DNA of 53,235 nucleotides, counting the filler, from Sphacelaria rigidula (lineage: Eukaryota), in the NCBI GenBank assembly GCA_964200075.2. It is 3 parts of 3 records of this genome, joined end to end, with 100 filler letters (N's around TTAATTAATTAA, not from the genome) between each part and the next. Parts side by side here need not be neighbours in the genome. Positions count along the whole stretch, not along the records: positions 17,796 to 35,466 come from CAXNAA020001016.1; positions 35,567 to 53,235 come from CAXNAA020001017.1; 1 more part is not named here. The stretch is one strand, 5' to 3'. A program made the translations under genes and the position numbers. Of this stretch, positions 34,796-47,117 are shown piece after piece. Position 1 is the first letter of the stretch, and each line of letters begins with the position of its first letter. The notes beneath the pieces were generated by a model. It was not told the origin of the DNA and did not search any database. It saw nothing but the letters and a program-made list of their open reading frames with translations.

Positions 34796-35264
34796 GACCG
34801 CTCGTTATAGCGATCAAAAATATAATCCTGTAAAAATGCTTTTTTGGTCCTTCGTCGTTTTACGCCCTGAAAGAGAGCTGGGCAGAGTTAGATACCTTGG
34901 AATGACTTGCTTGACTGGCTGAGACGAGACGCTTCTCGGACATCTTCACGTCGTACGGTGGTCGTACTTTTTATTCAGGCCAAACTTGAATTCTTGTCCA
35001 AGAACGGTGAAGAACACTGTCAATCACAGAAAAAAATGTCATTTCCCTCTGGACTTGACCGTCTCTGGACAACAATGCTTGTTTAGCCGGAAAAAAAAAA
35101 CAGCGGCCACCGCAAAACGCGAAGATATCGTGGGACCGCCTTAGCGAGTACAGCAAGTCATCCCAGGGTGTCAAAGTCCGCCTAGCTCTCTTTCAGGGCG
35201 TAAAACAACGAAGAAGGGCAGAAAAAGTGTTTTACAGGATTGTTGTTTGCTGTAAGGAGCGGCC
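34796..35264. mobile_element. MITE with ~115-bp imperfect TIRs (PIF/Harbinger-like)
   Basis: gaccgctc...ttttacgccctgaaagagagct...gacttgct pairs with agcaagtc...agctctctttcagggcgtaaaa...gagcggcc. Flanks are CTA and TTA. Confidence 0.75.
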
Positions 35265-35466
35265 TTAGAGCACTTCACAGTTTCAGAGTCGGTAGATTTT
35301 GGGCAAAAAAGCAGCGTGTGCGCAGAACACGATTCATACGTTGTTGTAGGGGCGATACGGAGTAAGACTCGGCTTGGGGGGGGGGGGGGGGGGGGGGGAC
35401 TTTTTTGTTGGTTGCTTTAGTTTTTTTACCTTTCACCACCCATCCCTTTTGGGGGGGGGGGGGGGG

Positions 35467-35566
35467 NNNNNNNNNNNNNNNNNNNNNNNNNNNNNNNNNN
35501 NNNNNNNNNNTTAATTAATTAANNNNNNNNNNNNNNNNNNNNNNNNNNNNNNNNNNNNNNNNNNNN
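35467..35566. other. Artificial contig linker (N44-TTAATTAATTAA-N44)
   Basis: Identical to 17696-17795. Confidence 0.97.
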
Positions 35567-35677
35567 TTTGAGTGCAAACCTGGTCCGGCGAAAACCCGGC
35601 GTGATCCGTCCCGGCATTGTAGGGATGCGGGGTCAATGGTCTGATGACTATGGCGTGCATGATCATGAGTACACCCT
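35567..35677 (-). mobile_element. Family G end fragment at contig edge
   Basis: cctggtccggcgaaaacccggc...gtcaatggtctgatgactatggcgtgcatgatcatgagtacaccc. Confidence 0.75.
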
Positions 35678-35850
35678 AGGCTGCCTCAGCTCAAACGAAC
35701 TTCAGCGTCTCTACCTCACTCGTATTCTTCGCCAACCTTCAACCTATTACTTATTTGCATGGATGGTTTTTGGTCTTTGTTTTATGTCCTACCTTTGTTG
35801 CGATATGGGGGACAGAATTTCGATTGCCTTGTGTTTCGGCATGGGGAAAT

Positions 35851-37116
35851 AAATGGTCGTTTTCGTTGTTACATGTCTTTGTCCGGTCTGTGTTCTGGGT
35901 AATGCAAAGAAAAAATAGTCAGCAGTTTTAAAATCAAGTCTATATCCGGTATGTGTTATAGTAGTGCAAAAAGGAAAAAAGGTGATCTTCGTTATCTGAG
36001 TCTACATCCTGCCTGTGTTCTGCAAAAGATGATGGTCAGCTTCGTTATTTCATCTCTATGTTCGGGCTGTATTTTAGCCTAGTTAATGCAACGAAAAAAC
36101 GGATAGCTTCGCTATTTCATGTCTACATCGGTCTGTGGTCTAGTAGTGCAAAGACAAAAAACGCGCAGGTCCGTTATTTCATGTGTGTCCGGACTGTGTT
36201 CTTGTAGTGTAAGAGGATAATGGTCAGCTTCGTTATTTTATGTCTATGTCCGGTTCGTGTTCTGGAAATGCAAAGAAGAAATGGTGAGCTTCGTTATTGC
36301 ATGTCTTTATCCGGGCTGTGTTTTGGTACTGCAAATAAAAAATGGCTAGCTTCTTCAGCTCATGTACATGTCCGGTTTGTGCTCAGGTGATGCAAAAAAA
36401 ACATCGTCGGCTTCGTTGTTACATATTCCTATATCCGGGCAGTATTTTGGTTAATGCAAAGGCAAGAATGGTTGGAGTATGAGTATTTATTTCATGTCTA
36501 TATCCGGTCTGACACCTGGAAATGCAAAGAAAACGAGATGGCTATCTTCATTATTTCATGTCTATGATCTGACGTCTGGTAGTGCAAAGAAAAAATGGCC
36601 AGTTTCGCTACTTCATCTCCATGCCCGGCCTGTGATCTGGTCAATGCAAAGGACAATGGTTAGATCCGTTATTTCATGTCTATATCCAACCTGTGTTGTG
36701 GTGAAAAGAAAAGTTTGGTCAGCTTGGTTGATTCATGTCTAAATCCGGTTTGTGTTCAGGTAATGCAAAGAAAAATTGTTAGCTTCGTTACTTCATACCC
36801 GCATCCGGTCTGTGTTCTGGCACTGCAAATTCAAAATGGTTTGTTTCTATACTTCATGGCTATATCCGGGCTGTGTTCTAGTACTGCAAAGAAAATATGG
36901 GTAGCCCCGTCATTGGATGTCTATGTCCGGGCTGTGTCCTGGGTAATGCAGAGGATGAATTATCAGCTTTTTTAATTTCATGTCCATGTGTGAGCTGTGT
37001 TTTTATGCAAAGAAGAACGGTTCGCTTCGTTATTTCGTGTCTATATCCGGGCTGTGTTCTGGTTAATGCAAAGAAAATGGTCAGCTTCGTTACTTCATGT
37101 CTGCACCTGGTGTGTG
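35851..37116. repeat. Minisatellite, ~59-60-bp unit, ~21 diverged copies
   Basis: Consensus approximately atggtcagcttcgttatttcatgtctatatccgggctgtgttctggtaatgcaaagaaaa, repeated head to tail. Confidence 0.9.
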
Positions 37117-37648
37117 TTTTCATACGGGAAAAACAAAATCACTGATCGAGTGATTTCATGCCTATTGTAGCGTGTCTGCTGGTGCGGGGAATCGTTTGTT
37201 GTCTAATGTCGGTGTAGGTGTGGTGAAAGTCTGTACAATTCATGTCTAGCTTCTGGCGGCTTGTTTTCACAGCGTCGTGGCCACTCGATGCCAACCCAGG
37301 AGTCAAGAGAGATGGGGGGTAAGGGGGTGGACGAGGAAGCAAAGGAATTGCTTATGTATATGTCGACTCGACAAAGATGAAAATGGCACCAACAGGACAC
37401 GTCATCCAGCGGGGGCATCTGGACACACAGTACAGCTACGAACAGCGAATCCCGGGTACAATGGCCGGGGTTCAAATGTCGTGCAACATCCGCATCATTT
37501 TACACCACTATGGAAAACATCTGCCCCCCTACGGCTGGAGGACCACGTAATCATGTACACGCACGGGACGCCGGCATCATCCTCCCGGGCACAGACCTCA
37601 CCAAAGGCATTGATTACCCCACCTTCACGCGCGCGCAGTGCGTCATAC

Positions 37649-40600
37649 CTTCCGAATCGCCCCGTCACCAGCCCCGCAGTAAACGCAGCCTGTCGCCGGA
37701 TCGGTGCAGATGGAGAGCAAGCCACCTGAGCAGACTGGCACGCTGGCGCGGAATACCTTGGCTTCGACACTGTCAGTTTCCGTGAAAAGGACGACGTTGT
37801 GGCGAATGCGTTTCGGGCGGTGAGCGGGTAAGCAGGTTTGTGACGTGGGGCGATAGCAAAGTGTTGTGCATTTGCCGTATATCTATAATAGGCGGAGGTG
37901 CGTGCGGCGCTTGATTTTGGCTGAAGGGTGCGCATGTAAGTCATCGTCTTCTCTCTGCTACTCAAATACAACAGCATAGTTTTGGGGGGTTGTTTGGCAC
38001 TGTAATACGGTGTACAATGCAGGAGGAAACTCGCGGACAACACTGCGCACAGACAGTGCAGGATGCATCGCAGCGTATTAGGAACAAGCAACGGTACGTG
38101 AGTGTTTCCCGCAAAAACGTTCGTTCTTCCGTCGGTGTTTCTCTTCGTCGTGCGTCGGGAGTGTCTCCACGCGGAAAAAACAACGAACAGACGATGCGAC
38201 GAATAGGCCAGTGGAAAGGGTTAAAAAGTTCTAGACCGCCCCACAGACACCAGACGACGACCGACACCTGAGCTCACATGCGCCAAAGGTATACGTACGC
38301 ACAGGAGTACACATGATACAGAAAATGATGCTACACAACGTGTCTGTGATCTGAATATTTCGATAAAGAACGAAATGAGCTGATACAAGGTACGATTGAG
38401 TTGCTCTTGATAAACTAGACTATCATGCACGTCCGAACTTCCGGTCATCATATTGTTTTCCGCCTCCAACCACCCACACCATCCGGCCGATCGTCCCCAC
38501 TGCTACGCATGAAGTAGTGCTTCGCTCGGGCGGGCTGCAGATACATCTGTCGCCATCGTTGACACATACTCGCTGTTGGCTACAAAGCATTCGTGGATTG
38601 ACTTTTTCTACCTACAACCGAAACCAAAATTATGTGCACCTTGAAAACCGACGATTTTTACAACGCGATCAACGCACTGTCGTACCGTACTGTAACATTC
38701 CTTGTCACTATCGTTCCACCCGATATCGTTCTTTTCATGTCGTCTCTCTCAACGTGTAAGATCTTGCACTGGCGAAAGACCAGGTCTACTGGACTGACAG
38801 ATCTCAATGGGATTTTTGTAACCGTAGGGTACAGTAATCAATGTCATGAATACCGTCGCTGTCGAGAAAAAAGTGAGACCGACAAATGATGCCAAGGAGT
38901 GCGACATCAAAGGGTTACAGGATGCATGAAGCTCATACACTGCACCATGATACCTGTGTTCTCATGAGGTTGGAGGACTAAACAGTTGCCCCCTCTCCCC
39001 TTCCCTCCCCTTCCCTCCCCTCCCGGGTCTTACCCGTACACGACCATATCACCGACGTCTGTACCGCATAAAAGAAAAGCTCCGCGGTCGACCAATGTGG
39101 AGCAGAAATATTGGCGCCTGAGGCCGGAGCTAGGCGTAGCCATCGCCCCCCCTGTGCGGGCCGTGCAATGAGTAGGTGGTGTGGTAATGACTGGGGTGGG
39201 TCACGGTGTGATGGGCAGGCTCGTTATGACGGGGGAAGGGGAACGGGGGGGGAGGGGGGGGTCTCGAGTTCCATGCATGGCATTCCTCAAGTGTAGGAGC
39301 CACGCACCATATTGTATTTGAAACAAGATATCTGATGTTGTAGCATGTAGGTCATCTCGCACACCAACGCTATCAGGCGTTCTGGTGGGATAACAACGGC
39401 AGTGGCAAGGACGATAGGTAGAGTGGTGATATGATGTTTGTCGCTCCCTGTACGGTGCAGCGAACGGCAGTGAAAATGTTGAAGCGCAAGCTATAAACGC
39501 TAGACAAGGCCACGTATCTCAGAACACCAAACTACACTCCAACAGATGTAACAAGGCCAGAAAAAGGACGTATCGGAGTCTCTGGTTTATCAAATGCCGC
39601 GTATACAAAAGAAGAGGGCCGTCATGGTCCTGTAGATATATTTGCGCGCACGTCTGGTACATAAGCTTGTGTCAGCACGGTGGTTGGTTCGCTTGTTGTT
39701 ATGCTAGAGGGGGGCTGTGAAGAACGACGTTACTCTGTTCAAAATATTTTGGTGCATTGTTCAAATGGATCGAACAAATAACACGAAAAATCATTCGTGA
39801 CGCAGTGGCTATTTCTTTTTGCGGTAAAAGGGTCTACAACCCCCAAAACGCGAATGAGGTGACTATCATACTCCATAATCATGTGTTGAATTGTCAACAT
39901 GTGTTCTTGTTTTTTGCACTACTCATCCCACCCATATATCGCCGAGGTGTTCGCGGATCGCATAAAGGTCAAAGCGTACAGAAAAAGAGTCAGGGTAACA
40001 CCTGACAGATGCCACTGACGCTGCGCAGGGTCGAACTTCAGCTCCAAGACGAGCGCATCCTTGCCCACGCACAGACATATCTTCTCGTCATCACAGACGC
40101 ACATGAACGCGGTACACAAAGGAATCCGAAAGTGATAAATAGTACATGGCGCAGGATCTTTCTTTCCGTAGAGACAGTTTGTGCGGGGGGGGGGGGATTG
40201 TTGCTGTAGCGCGAGCTATGAGTAGCGACAGGTCATAAGCATAGTACGTTGATGTGGATGTGCAAACGGATTGGAATAAACTGGTGCAGCGCATGGTAGA
40301 TAGGCTTGTCGTTGTTGTGCGCCGCCAGGAGCAGAGGGGGTTTACATGCATGAAAAGGGAAAATATGACGGAAAATAAAGTGATGAAATATATGGACATG
40401 GAGACATGTGTCTGATCGCGAAAATGACATGAGTGGTTAGCCGTCCTTTTTCGATGGTTTCTTCGGAGAATGAAAACCTCCGACGGAGAGCGCAAAAATG
40501 GCGGTACAGTGTACAGACGTGTTAAACGGGCAGGCACACCATGGTCGAGAAAACCCCGTGGCAAAGCCACGAACCCAAGTCGATGATGGGCGGTTGGACC

Positions 40601-43600
40601 ATTGGGTTCTATTAACCCAAAGCTTTGATGAAATCGCATCTGCTGCCGTGATCCACATATTATGAAAATGCCATCCTACCAAGAGTGCATCACCCAGGTC
40701 GGCGTTAACGGCGGTGCTCGATTCTAAAGCCCACAACCTTCGTGCCAACTTGCCCACTGCTCATTAAACGTTCCGGTTGGTACCCACAGCCGCCCTCCAC
40801 GACTTCGTCTCTTCCCTGAACTTCAGATCGCGAGAACTAAATTTCGTTGCTAATCCATTCAGTGCGCCTCTCACCGAATAGGTCGGCCTCCTGCCCGCAA
40901 CCTTGATCACACCCCACTGCCCCGAAGTGGCGATTTGGGCGTATTGTTTGCCCGTTACGAGCTCCCCTGTACTGGTGTCCCAAACATACGCGAGGCAATT
41001 TCTCCCACACCCCAGCAGGAATCTCTGATCAGGGCTGAACGATAAATGGGTCACCCCCTGACAGAGGGGAGGGGATGGGCGGACGGAGCGGTGGAGAAGG
41101 GGGAGGGGCGGGGGGGGAGGGGTACTCATGGTATTGCACGCCGTAGCTATATGACCATTGACCTCGCATCCTTACCAAGCCGGGACAGAGCGCGCCGGGG
41201 TTTTGCCGGATCAGGCTCGCAATCAATCACCAGACGTGAAGCGCCGTGGTGTGTTCGACGCGGCGCGTGAATGATGAGCTGCGTCATGCTAAAATTGTTC
41301 GGCTCGAAGTCTACTGATTATCTTGTATTTCGATGACAGTCTCCAGTGAGCTGCTTCATTTTCTGGTGTTGCCACTTCCAGAGACAGCCGCGGGTCACAC
41401 ACTGCCCCGGGCGTCTCACCATCAGAGGTGGAGGAGGTGCTAAAAAAATGGGCAGAAACGGTGGAAGGGAATGCCAATGCGCTCATCGTGATTCCACTGA
41501 TATCTCCCGGTGGCGGCTTCATGATATCGGTACTGTCTGCGCACTGGTTGAACTGAGCTCAGCATGCCGTGAAGGCCAGTCAAAGCTCAATTCCACGTTC
41601 ACTCAACGCATTGGTACTTCACCGAGGTACGGTCTCGCGGTGTGCAGTATGACGTATACCTGGGTAGAGGGAACGATAACTCCACAACGCCGACAGTAGC
41701 TCCCCGACGTCAAAGAGCTGCCACACTGAACATGCCAGACGCCCAGTTGCACCGCTCTATTGCACGACTGAAGCATGAGGTTACCAACAGTCTACGACTC
41801 TGTGGACTCTCTGCACAGAATGATCGTATTTGCAGACGTCATTTTCCGGTAGCCCTTCTTCGAGAAACGGATTACACTATATTGGATCCGTTGATGCAAC
41901 GGACGGTACGCGAACGCTCATGTCACCTCACTCAATCCTTGCAGCTCGAACAATCTTGTTCGGGTAGCGTAGTCCCACACAAAGACAGGCGCAGGGAATC
42001 CTTTGCGTCGCGTGGATCCGGATTGGCCTTGATTTCCAGGTACCATGCATTCGATGCGTGCCAGGGGGAAGTAGAAGAGGAGAAGAGAAAGAGAACTCAA
42101 CAGGTGTATTCGTCATTCGAGAGTGGGTGTTCAGAGTTCCCCTGAAACGCTCGACAACGGTGAGCGTTACACATTCAGCGCCCGAGAGGAAGGTGGCCTG
42201 TCGTGCACGACGCAAAATCATGCCCCGTTTCTCCAACAGGCAATATCCTTGAACGAAAGTGCCTTCGCTACGTTTCTGCCAGCAGGGCACGGCGTTGGGC
42301 ACTATCCGGGCACAACCTGTTATTTCGAACCATTGCTCGTAGCAGCAGTAAGCCACGTAACTTACGCTTAATTCGACCGTATGCTCAGATCCTCGCTTGA
42401 TTGGTTCCGATCAAAACTTAAAATATGGGCAATCACACAGTGGAGTAAAAAGACCGCCACCGGCTGAAGAAGCAACTTGTTCTCCGTCATCGACAGCGAA
42501 CCCAGCTCAAGTGTTTTTACAACAGTCAATCAAGCAAACACGAGGAAAGTGTTTTCTGTCCTCCAACCTCATCTTGCTCGCTCTATTTCCTGCAGTTCAT
42601 TTCTATGTGCGCAAGGTTCCGTGTACACAGACACACAGGCACGCACTGGAGGCATGCACAGGAGGCACGCAAGAATACGTGGTTAGTACAAGCCCCCGCG
42701 CCCCGATCATCTAGTGGTACAACTTGCACCATTAAGGAGGAGAAATGCGGGTTCGACTCCCGGTAGATATACTATTTTCACCTTTTTTTTTCTGAGAAGT
42801 ACCTGATTTCCGTCGTCGGAAACATGAGAACGCGGGAAGCGAAAGTGTAATATTCGACGGGAGTCTACGTGCTGCAAGGGGGGCTGATCTGATTGGCGAC
42901 ACCAAACTGTAAGGCATGTACCGGGAGGTAATCCCTGGAGAGATGAGTTAATCCCTCGAGACCACGAACTCGTCCCGAGGAATGAGACAGATTTGAAAGG
43001 AGACGAAAACATTCAAACAAAGAGTGCAGACACCATCTAATACACCGTGAAATTTACCCTTTTCTTGTCATGTTTATCGGTCACACTTCATGAATCTCGT
43101 AGTTTTGTTTTCCTCCCCGCTCCCGTCATCTTCAGTAACCTCCATGCCAACTTTCCACAACGTACCTGTGGCAATAAGCGAACCCGACGGGGACACTGCA
43201 AGGGCGCTGATCTCCATGTCATGACCTCGCAGCAGTTGTTGCTGGTGAGGATCTGAAATGCTACCTGATCGCATCATCGTACAAAATCAGAAATATTCCA
43301 TTGGATAGTTAGACGTACGTCACAGTTCCAAGCATGTAATAGGAATCCCGGCAGTGTGAATTATCTGCCTGTCGGAGTGGTGAAGCAACCACTGCACCTC
43401 CCTTGGAGCTACGGGGCCTGGTTGATAGTAGTGTACAATCTAGAGTTGGAGACTGCAAAAACTATACCGGAATCGCCATCATATCCGGGGTCGAAGCAAA
43501 GATAGACGTTTAGACAGCGTGTCTGGGGCGGAGGGGGGAAGGTGGGCACCTGACCCAGGGCTCACATTTTCACACTTCGATTCAAAATTGCGATAAATTC

Positions 43601-44507
43601 AGGGCCATAACGACAAGAAAGCGCTGGATCGACCGGGCGATCGGACAGTTCATCTTACAGAAATATTACAGGTATGTGAATATGTGAACCCCGAGGAGGC
43701 GAGGTGTATACGATGTCCGTGCGCTAGCAGCACACGAATGAGACCTTTTAGCGGGTGAATAACAATAACTCCTATGTCCAACATCCTGCTCTGTCACAGT
43801 TATAATTTTAATGCTCACCGATCACCAAGAGGGCTCCCACGCACTTGATGATGACGCTGGTGTGTTCCGGGTGAGTGAGGACTGTCTGACGAAAGTGACC
43901 CGTGTACCTGGCAGAACGAGGAGAGAGGAGAAAGGCATGCCGGAGTCAGACGGTATATGTGCTTGTAGGCACGACGGAGGTACTGTGTACGCAACTCCTG
44001 TTTTTAGTAGTTTTTCGAGTAAGGTGGTGGGAGTTATCTGCTATGTATTTATACCACTACGGGGCGTTCAGTCATGAGCGCCAAGGCAGCGGGCGCATTT
44101 TTTGTGCACTGTGATCGGCGACGATGGTGGTTTTGTTGTGTGGAGTACACGCATACGTGAATCCATGTGTTGCATGCTTGCGGTCCGTTCATCGTGATTC
44201 TGTCCGGTTCTCATCGCCATTGCATCCAATATTGTGTGGGGTAAAATCCTCTGGAGCGTAACCAAAACCGACATTTCAAACAGCCAGGAGATTCTGCGCA
44301 GTAGAGCAAAGTGTCGTGATTGCATACTTGCTGTATGTGCACCTTGAAGGTTTCGATTTATCTGCTGGATATTTCTACACGTCTGCCGGCACACGGCGGT
44401 AATGGTTTGCTCACCCAATTATGTGCTCCAACTCGAGCATGTCCTTCGTGTCACCATTTGCACTTTCAAGATGCTCCCCAGCATGTGTACCCCTCGAATT
44501 CTCGCTC
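37649..44507 (-). CDS. WD40-repeat protein, CFAP52/WDR16-like (5' part; 8 exons)
   Basis: Exons 44507-44415, 43907-43819, 43264-43166, 42027-41927, 41057-40875, 40080-40002, 39151-39034 and 37769-37649 have GT-AG ends and consistent phases. They give MLELEHIIGYTGHFRQTVLTHPEH..DPHQQQLLRGHDMEISALAVSPSGSLIATGQ..PVFVWD..GVTHLSFSPDQRFLL..CGTDVGDMVVY..VFRASVPVCSGGLLSI..GAGDGAIRK. The start codon is either ATG 44440 or in an upstream exon. The 3' exons fall outside this contig. Confidence 0.88.
41118..41425 (+). mobile_element. Family G copy in WD40-gene intron
   Basis: ggggtactcatgg...gaccattgacctcgcatcc...aggctcgcaatcaatcacc...gcgtctcaccat. Confidence 0.7.
42691..43020 (+). mobile_element. tRNA-headed element (probable second SINE family or tRNA pseudogene)
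   Basis: A-box-like tcatctagtgg (~42707) and B box ggttcgactcc (~42750). The acceptor stem does not pair. It is intronic and single-copy in this window; the 3' boundary is a guess. Confidence 0.5.
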
Positions 44508-46923
44508 CTGAAAGAAGAAACCACACATCGCATAAACGCGGTTTCAGGTGTACGCATTCTATTTTTTTCGAATGCTATAGGATAAGGTGTTTGGAGCGGC
44601 ACGTCTTGAAATCAGGGGGTTCAATTGATCTCATGAGGGCAACGGTGACGTTGTATATACTTGACATGGGGTATGGAAAGTACTCCGAGCATGCTGTCTT
44701 CACATTATGACAAAGGACGCCTGTGGTCCATCAGGACTAGAGCTTCAGTTTACAACGCGCTGTCAACTGCGAAAAGAAGAGTCACTTGGAAAACCCTAGA
44801 CATATATACGGCAGTGCTACGGTATTAGCAGCAAAGGAGGACGGGGCACCGAGATTGATCGGAACCCCATTACGCTTTCAACGTCAAATTGTGGACTTTC
44901 GCTTGGCGGTCGCCTACCCTGTCGAGAGTACGTTATTACGAGTAACGTTCCTGGTACTCCGCAGTTCCGATCCCCTCGATATCATCTACGAGGATAATTT
45001 CCCACAACGAAGAGCTTGTTAACTGTCCGGCTCCCATGGAGATATTCCTTCTCTCTGACCCTATGTCTCTATTAACCTGTTGTGTGTGTTCCGTACTCTG
45101 TATTGTACCCATGAGTTCAGCCTTTTACCACTAGGGCATCGACACAGCGCCCGGGGTAGCCAGTCTCCCGTGGGAGCAGTGTTTTTATTTGGCGCCAACG
45201 GTCTGTTCACAGGCTCGAGACGAGTATGGGGGGGCGGATGCGTAATTTGGAGAGCATGTTCTTGACGCCACAGGAGTCTCGCAATTCCGGTCCCCTACAC
45301 GACATCCACAAGGAGGATCATTTTTCGGCACCTAAAGCTTGCTAGCTGCCTGGTCCCTAACGAGAGACTCGCTCTGTCTAGACCAAGCAACGTTTGCGTG
45401 TGTGTGCTCCATACTCCATCCACGAACCCAGACTCTAAAACTAGAGCAACGGCACAGGACCCGTGGAAGCCAATCTCCGACGGGAACATGATAATGTTCT
45501 CAATGAAACCACTTTTTGTCGTTATTTTGCTTTCAGAACACCCACCCTTTCTCGGCACCAGCCCATAGTCTGACGGGATTAACTCATCTCTCTACGATGC
45601 TGTGGAAGTACTTGCCTGTAAGAGTTTATTTGCTTGCTTGGGGTCGTGTACTCTGCTCGCCCCGGCGTGATGGGGTTGCCGTTAAACGGCGCGACGAATG
45701 GTCTGTGACGAGAGTCCGAAATATGTGGAGGGAAATGGCACGCCCGGTGGTTTATTGGCATGGCAGCTAGGCGTGCTCATTTACGTGTCAAAGTAACGAC
45801 AGGATTTTCTTTGGTATCATGTCTGATGTTTACAAAAAGCCAAACGCGACTGCGTTAACTGCCTGCGCTCATTTTAGCTGAGAGCGTCGGAAATGGAGCA
45901 AAAATACACCGCAGCACCGTGACGCCCTCCAACTCTTGTTCCGCACGATACGATATGGGTGCCGTAACATGCTGTAATCATAACATATCACACGTACTTG
46001 CTGCTGCACATACCGAGAACAAGCTAAGAAGAAATCCATCGTAAATCCCGAACTGTAGTACTGGGCGCCTGAACGATTTATTGTTCAATATGTTTTTTTT
46101 CTCGCCGCTACTCTTCGATAGAACTCGAAAGCGCCAGCGTCGGTAGGTTTTGGTAAAATGAACATATCGTCTTCTCCCCCCCCCAGTGCCCAAGCTAGTG
46201 TAACTTGGTGTTATCGGGCGATACGAGTCGATGCCCCGTTTATCAGGAGGGTGTCATTGGCCGTGAAACACAGTTATTCTACTCTAGTGCAATGAGTAGG
46301 TGAAAGAAAAAAAACAATTCTGCAGATTTATTCATGAATATAGAAGGAAAAAAAAAAAAAAAATCGGGACAGGCTCGATCGACCGACAATACCAGAGAGC
46401 CCGAATCTGGCTGAAACGTGGCAGGATCCCCGATGACCGATCAGCCCGTAAGTCAGCCAATATTGAGTACACATGATTTTTTCCTCGGAATGTGGAGCGG
46501 ATACAAGTATCTTCAGATCTTCAATGTGATGGGCGATGACAAGCGAAAGGAGCTAACAAAGTCGCTAATTACGAAGAAATAACCAATATCAACAGTTCAG
46601 GCGCCCAGTAACTAATGGCCCTGTGTCATGAAAATGATGCATCACACAATATACTAGACATTCACCAAGTAAATTGACGAAATTGGGAAATTGTAAAACC
46701 TCCCGTACGACTACGTAATCTCAGTTCTGCGATGCTTAGTGCAGTGCACGTACGTGTAGGTAGGCTGCCGACCCTTCGAGCGCACACAGATGGATGTCTG
46801 ATTCCGAAGACGCATTTTCAAGTGATGATGGTGTCGATTCAACAGATGGACACGATTGGGCGGCCAGAAGGCCAACGGTTTCGTGGTGCGTCACCACCGT
46901 ACCGTGCAACGCGTTCACGACCC

Positions 46924-47117
46924 CCACCTTGCGGGTTCAAGGTCGTCCGACCATACATAACCACTGTTTACGCTGCGCACTGTTGTGATGATTTCGGAAA
47001 ATAAAATCGTACTGTAGCTACATTCACAGTACGATTTTATTTTCCGAAATCATCACAACAGTGCGCAGCGTAAACAGTGGTTATGTATGGTCGGACGACC
47101 TTGAACCCGCAAGGTGG
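46924..47117. repeat. Perfect inverted repeat, 92-bp arms, 10-nt loop
   Basis: 46924-47015 is the exact reverse complement of 47026-47117. The loop is agctacattc. Confidence 0.95.

Noticed and set aside
35851-37116. CRISPR-like periodicity (~60 bp)
   Set aside because: Units are homologous along their full length with no unique spacers or invariant repeat, the context is eukaryotic, and no cas genes are present.
32051-44507. Joining the ankyrin terminal exon to the WD40 exons as one gene
   Set aside because: They are separated by an artificial linker between unlinked contigs.
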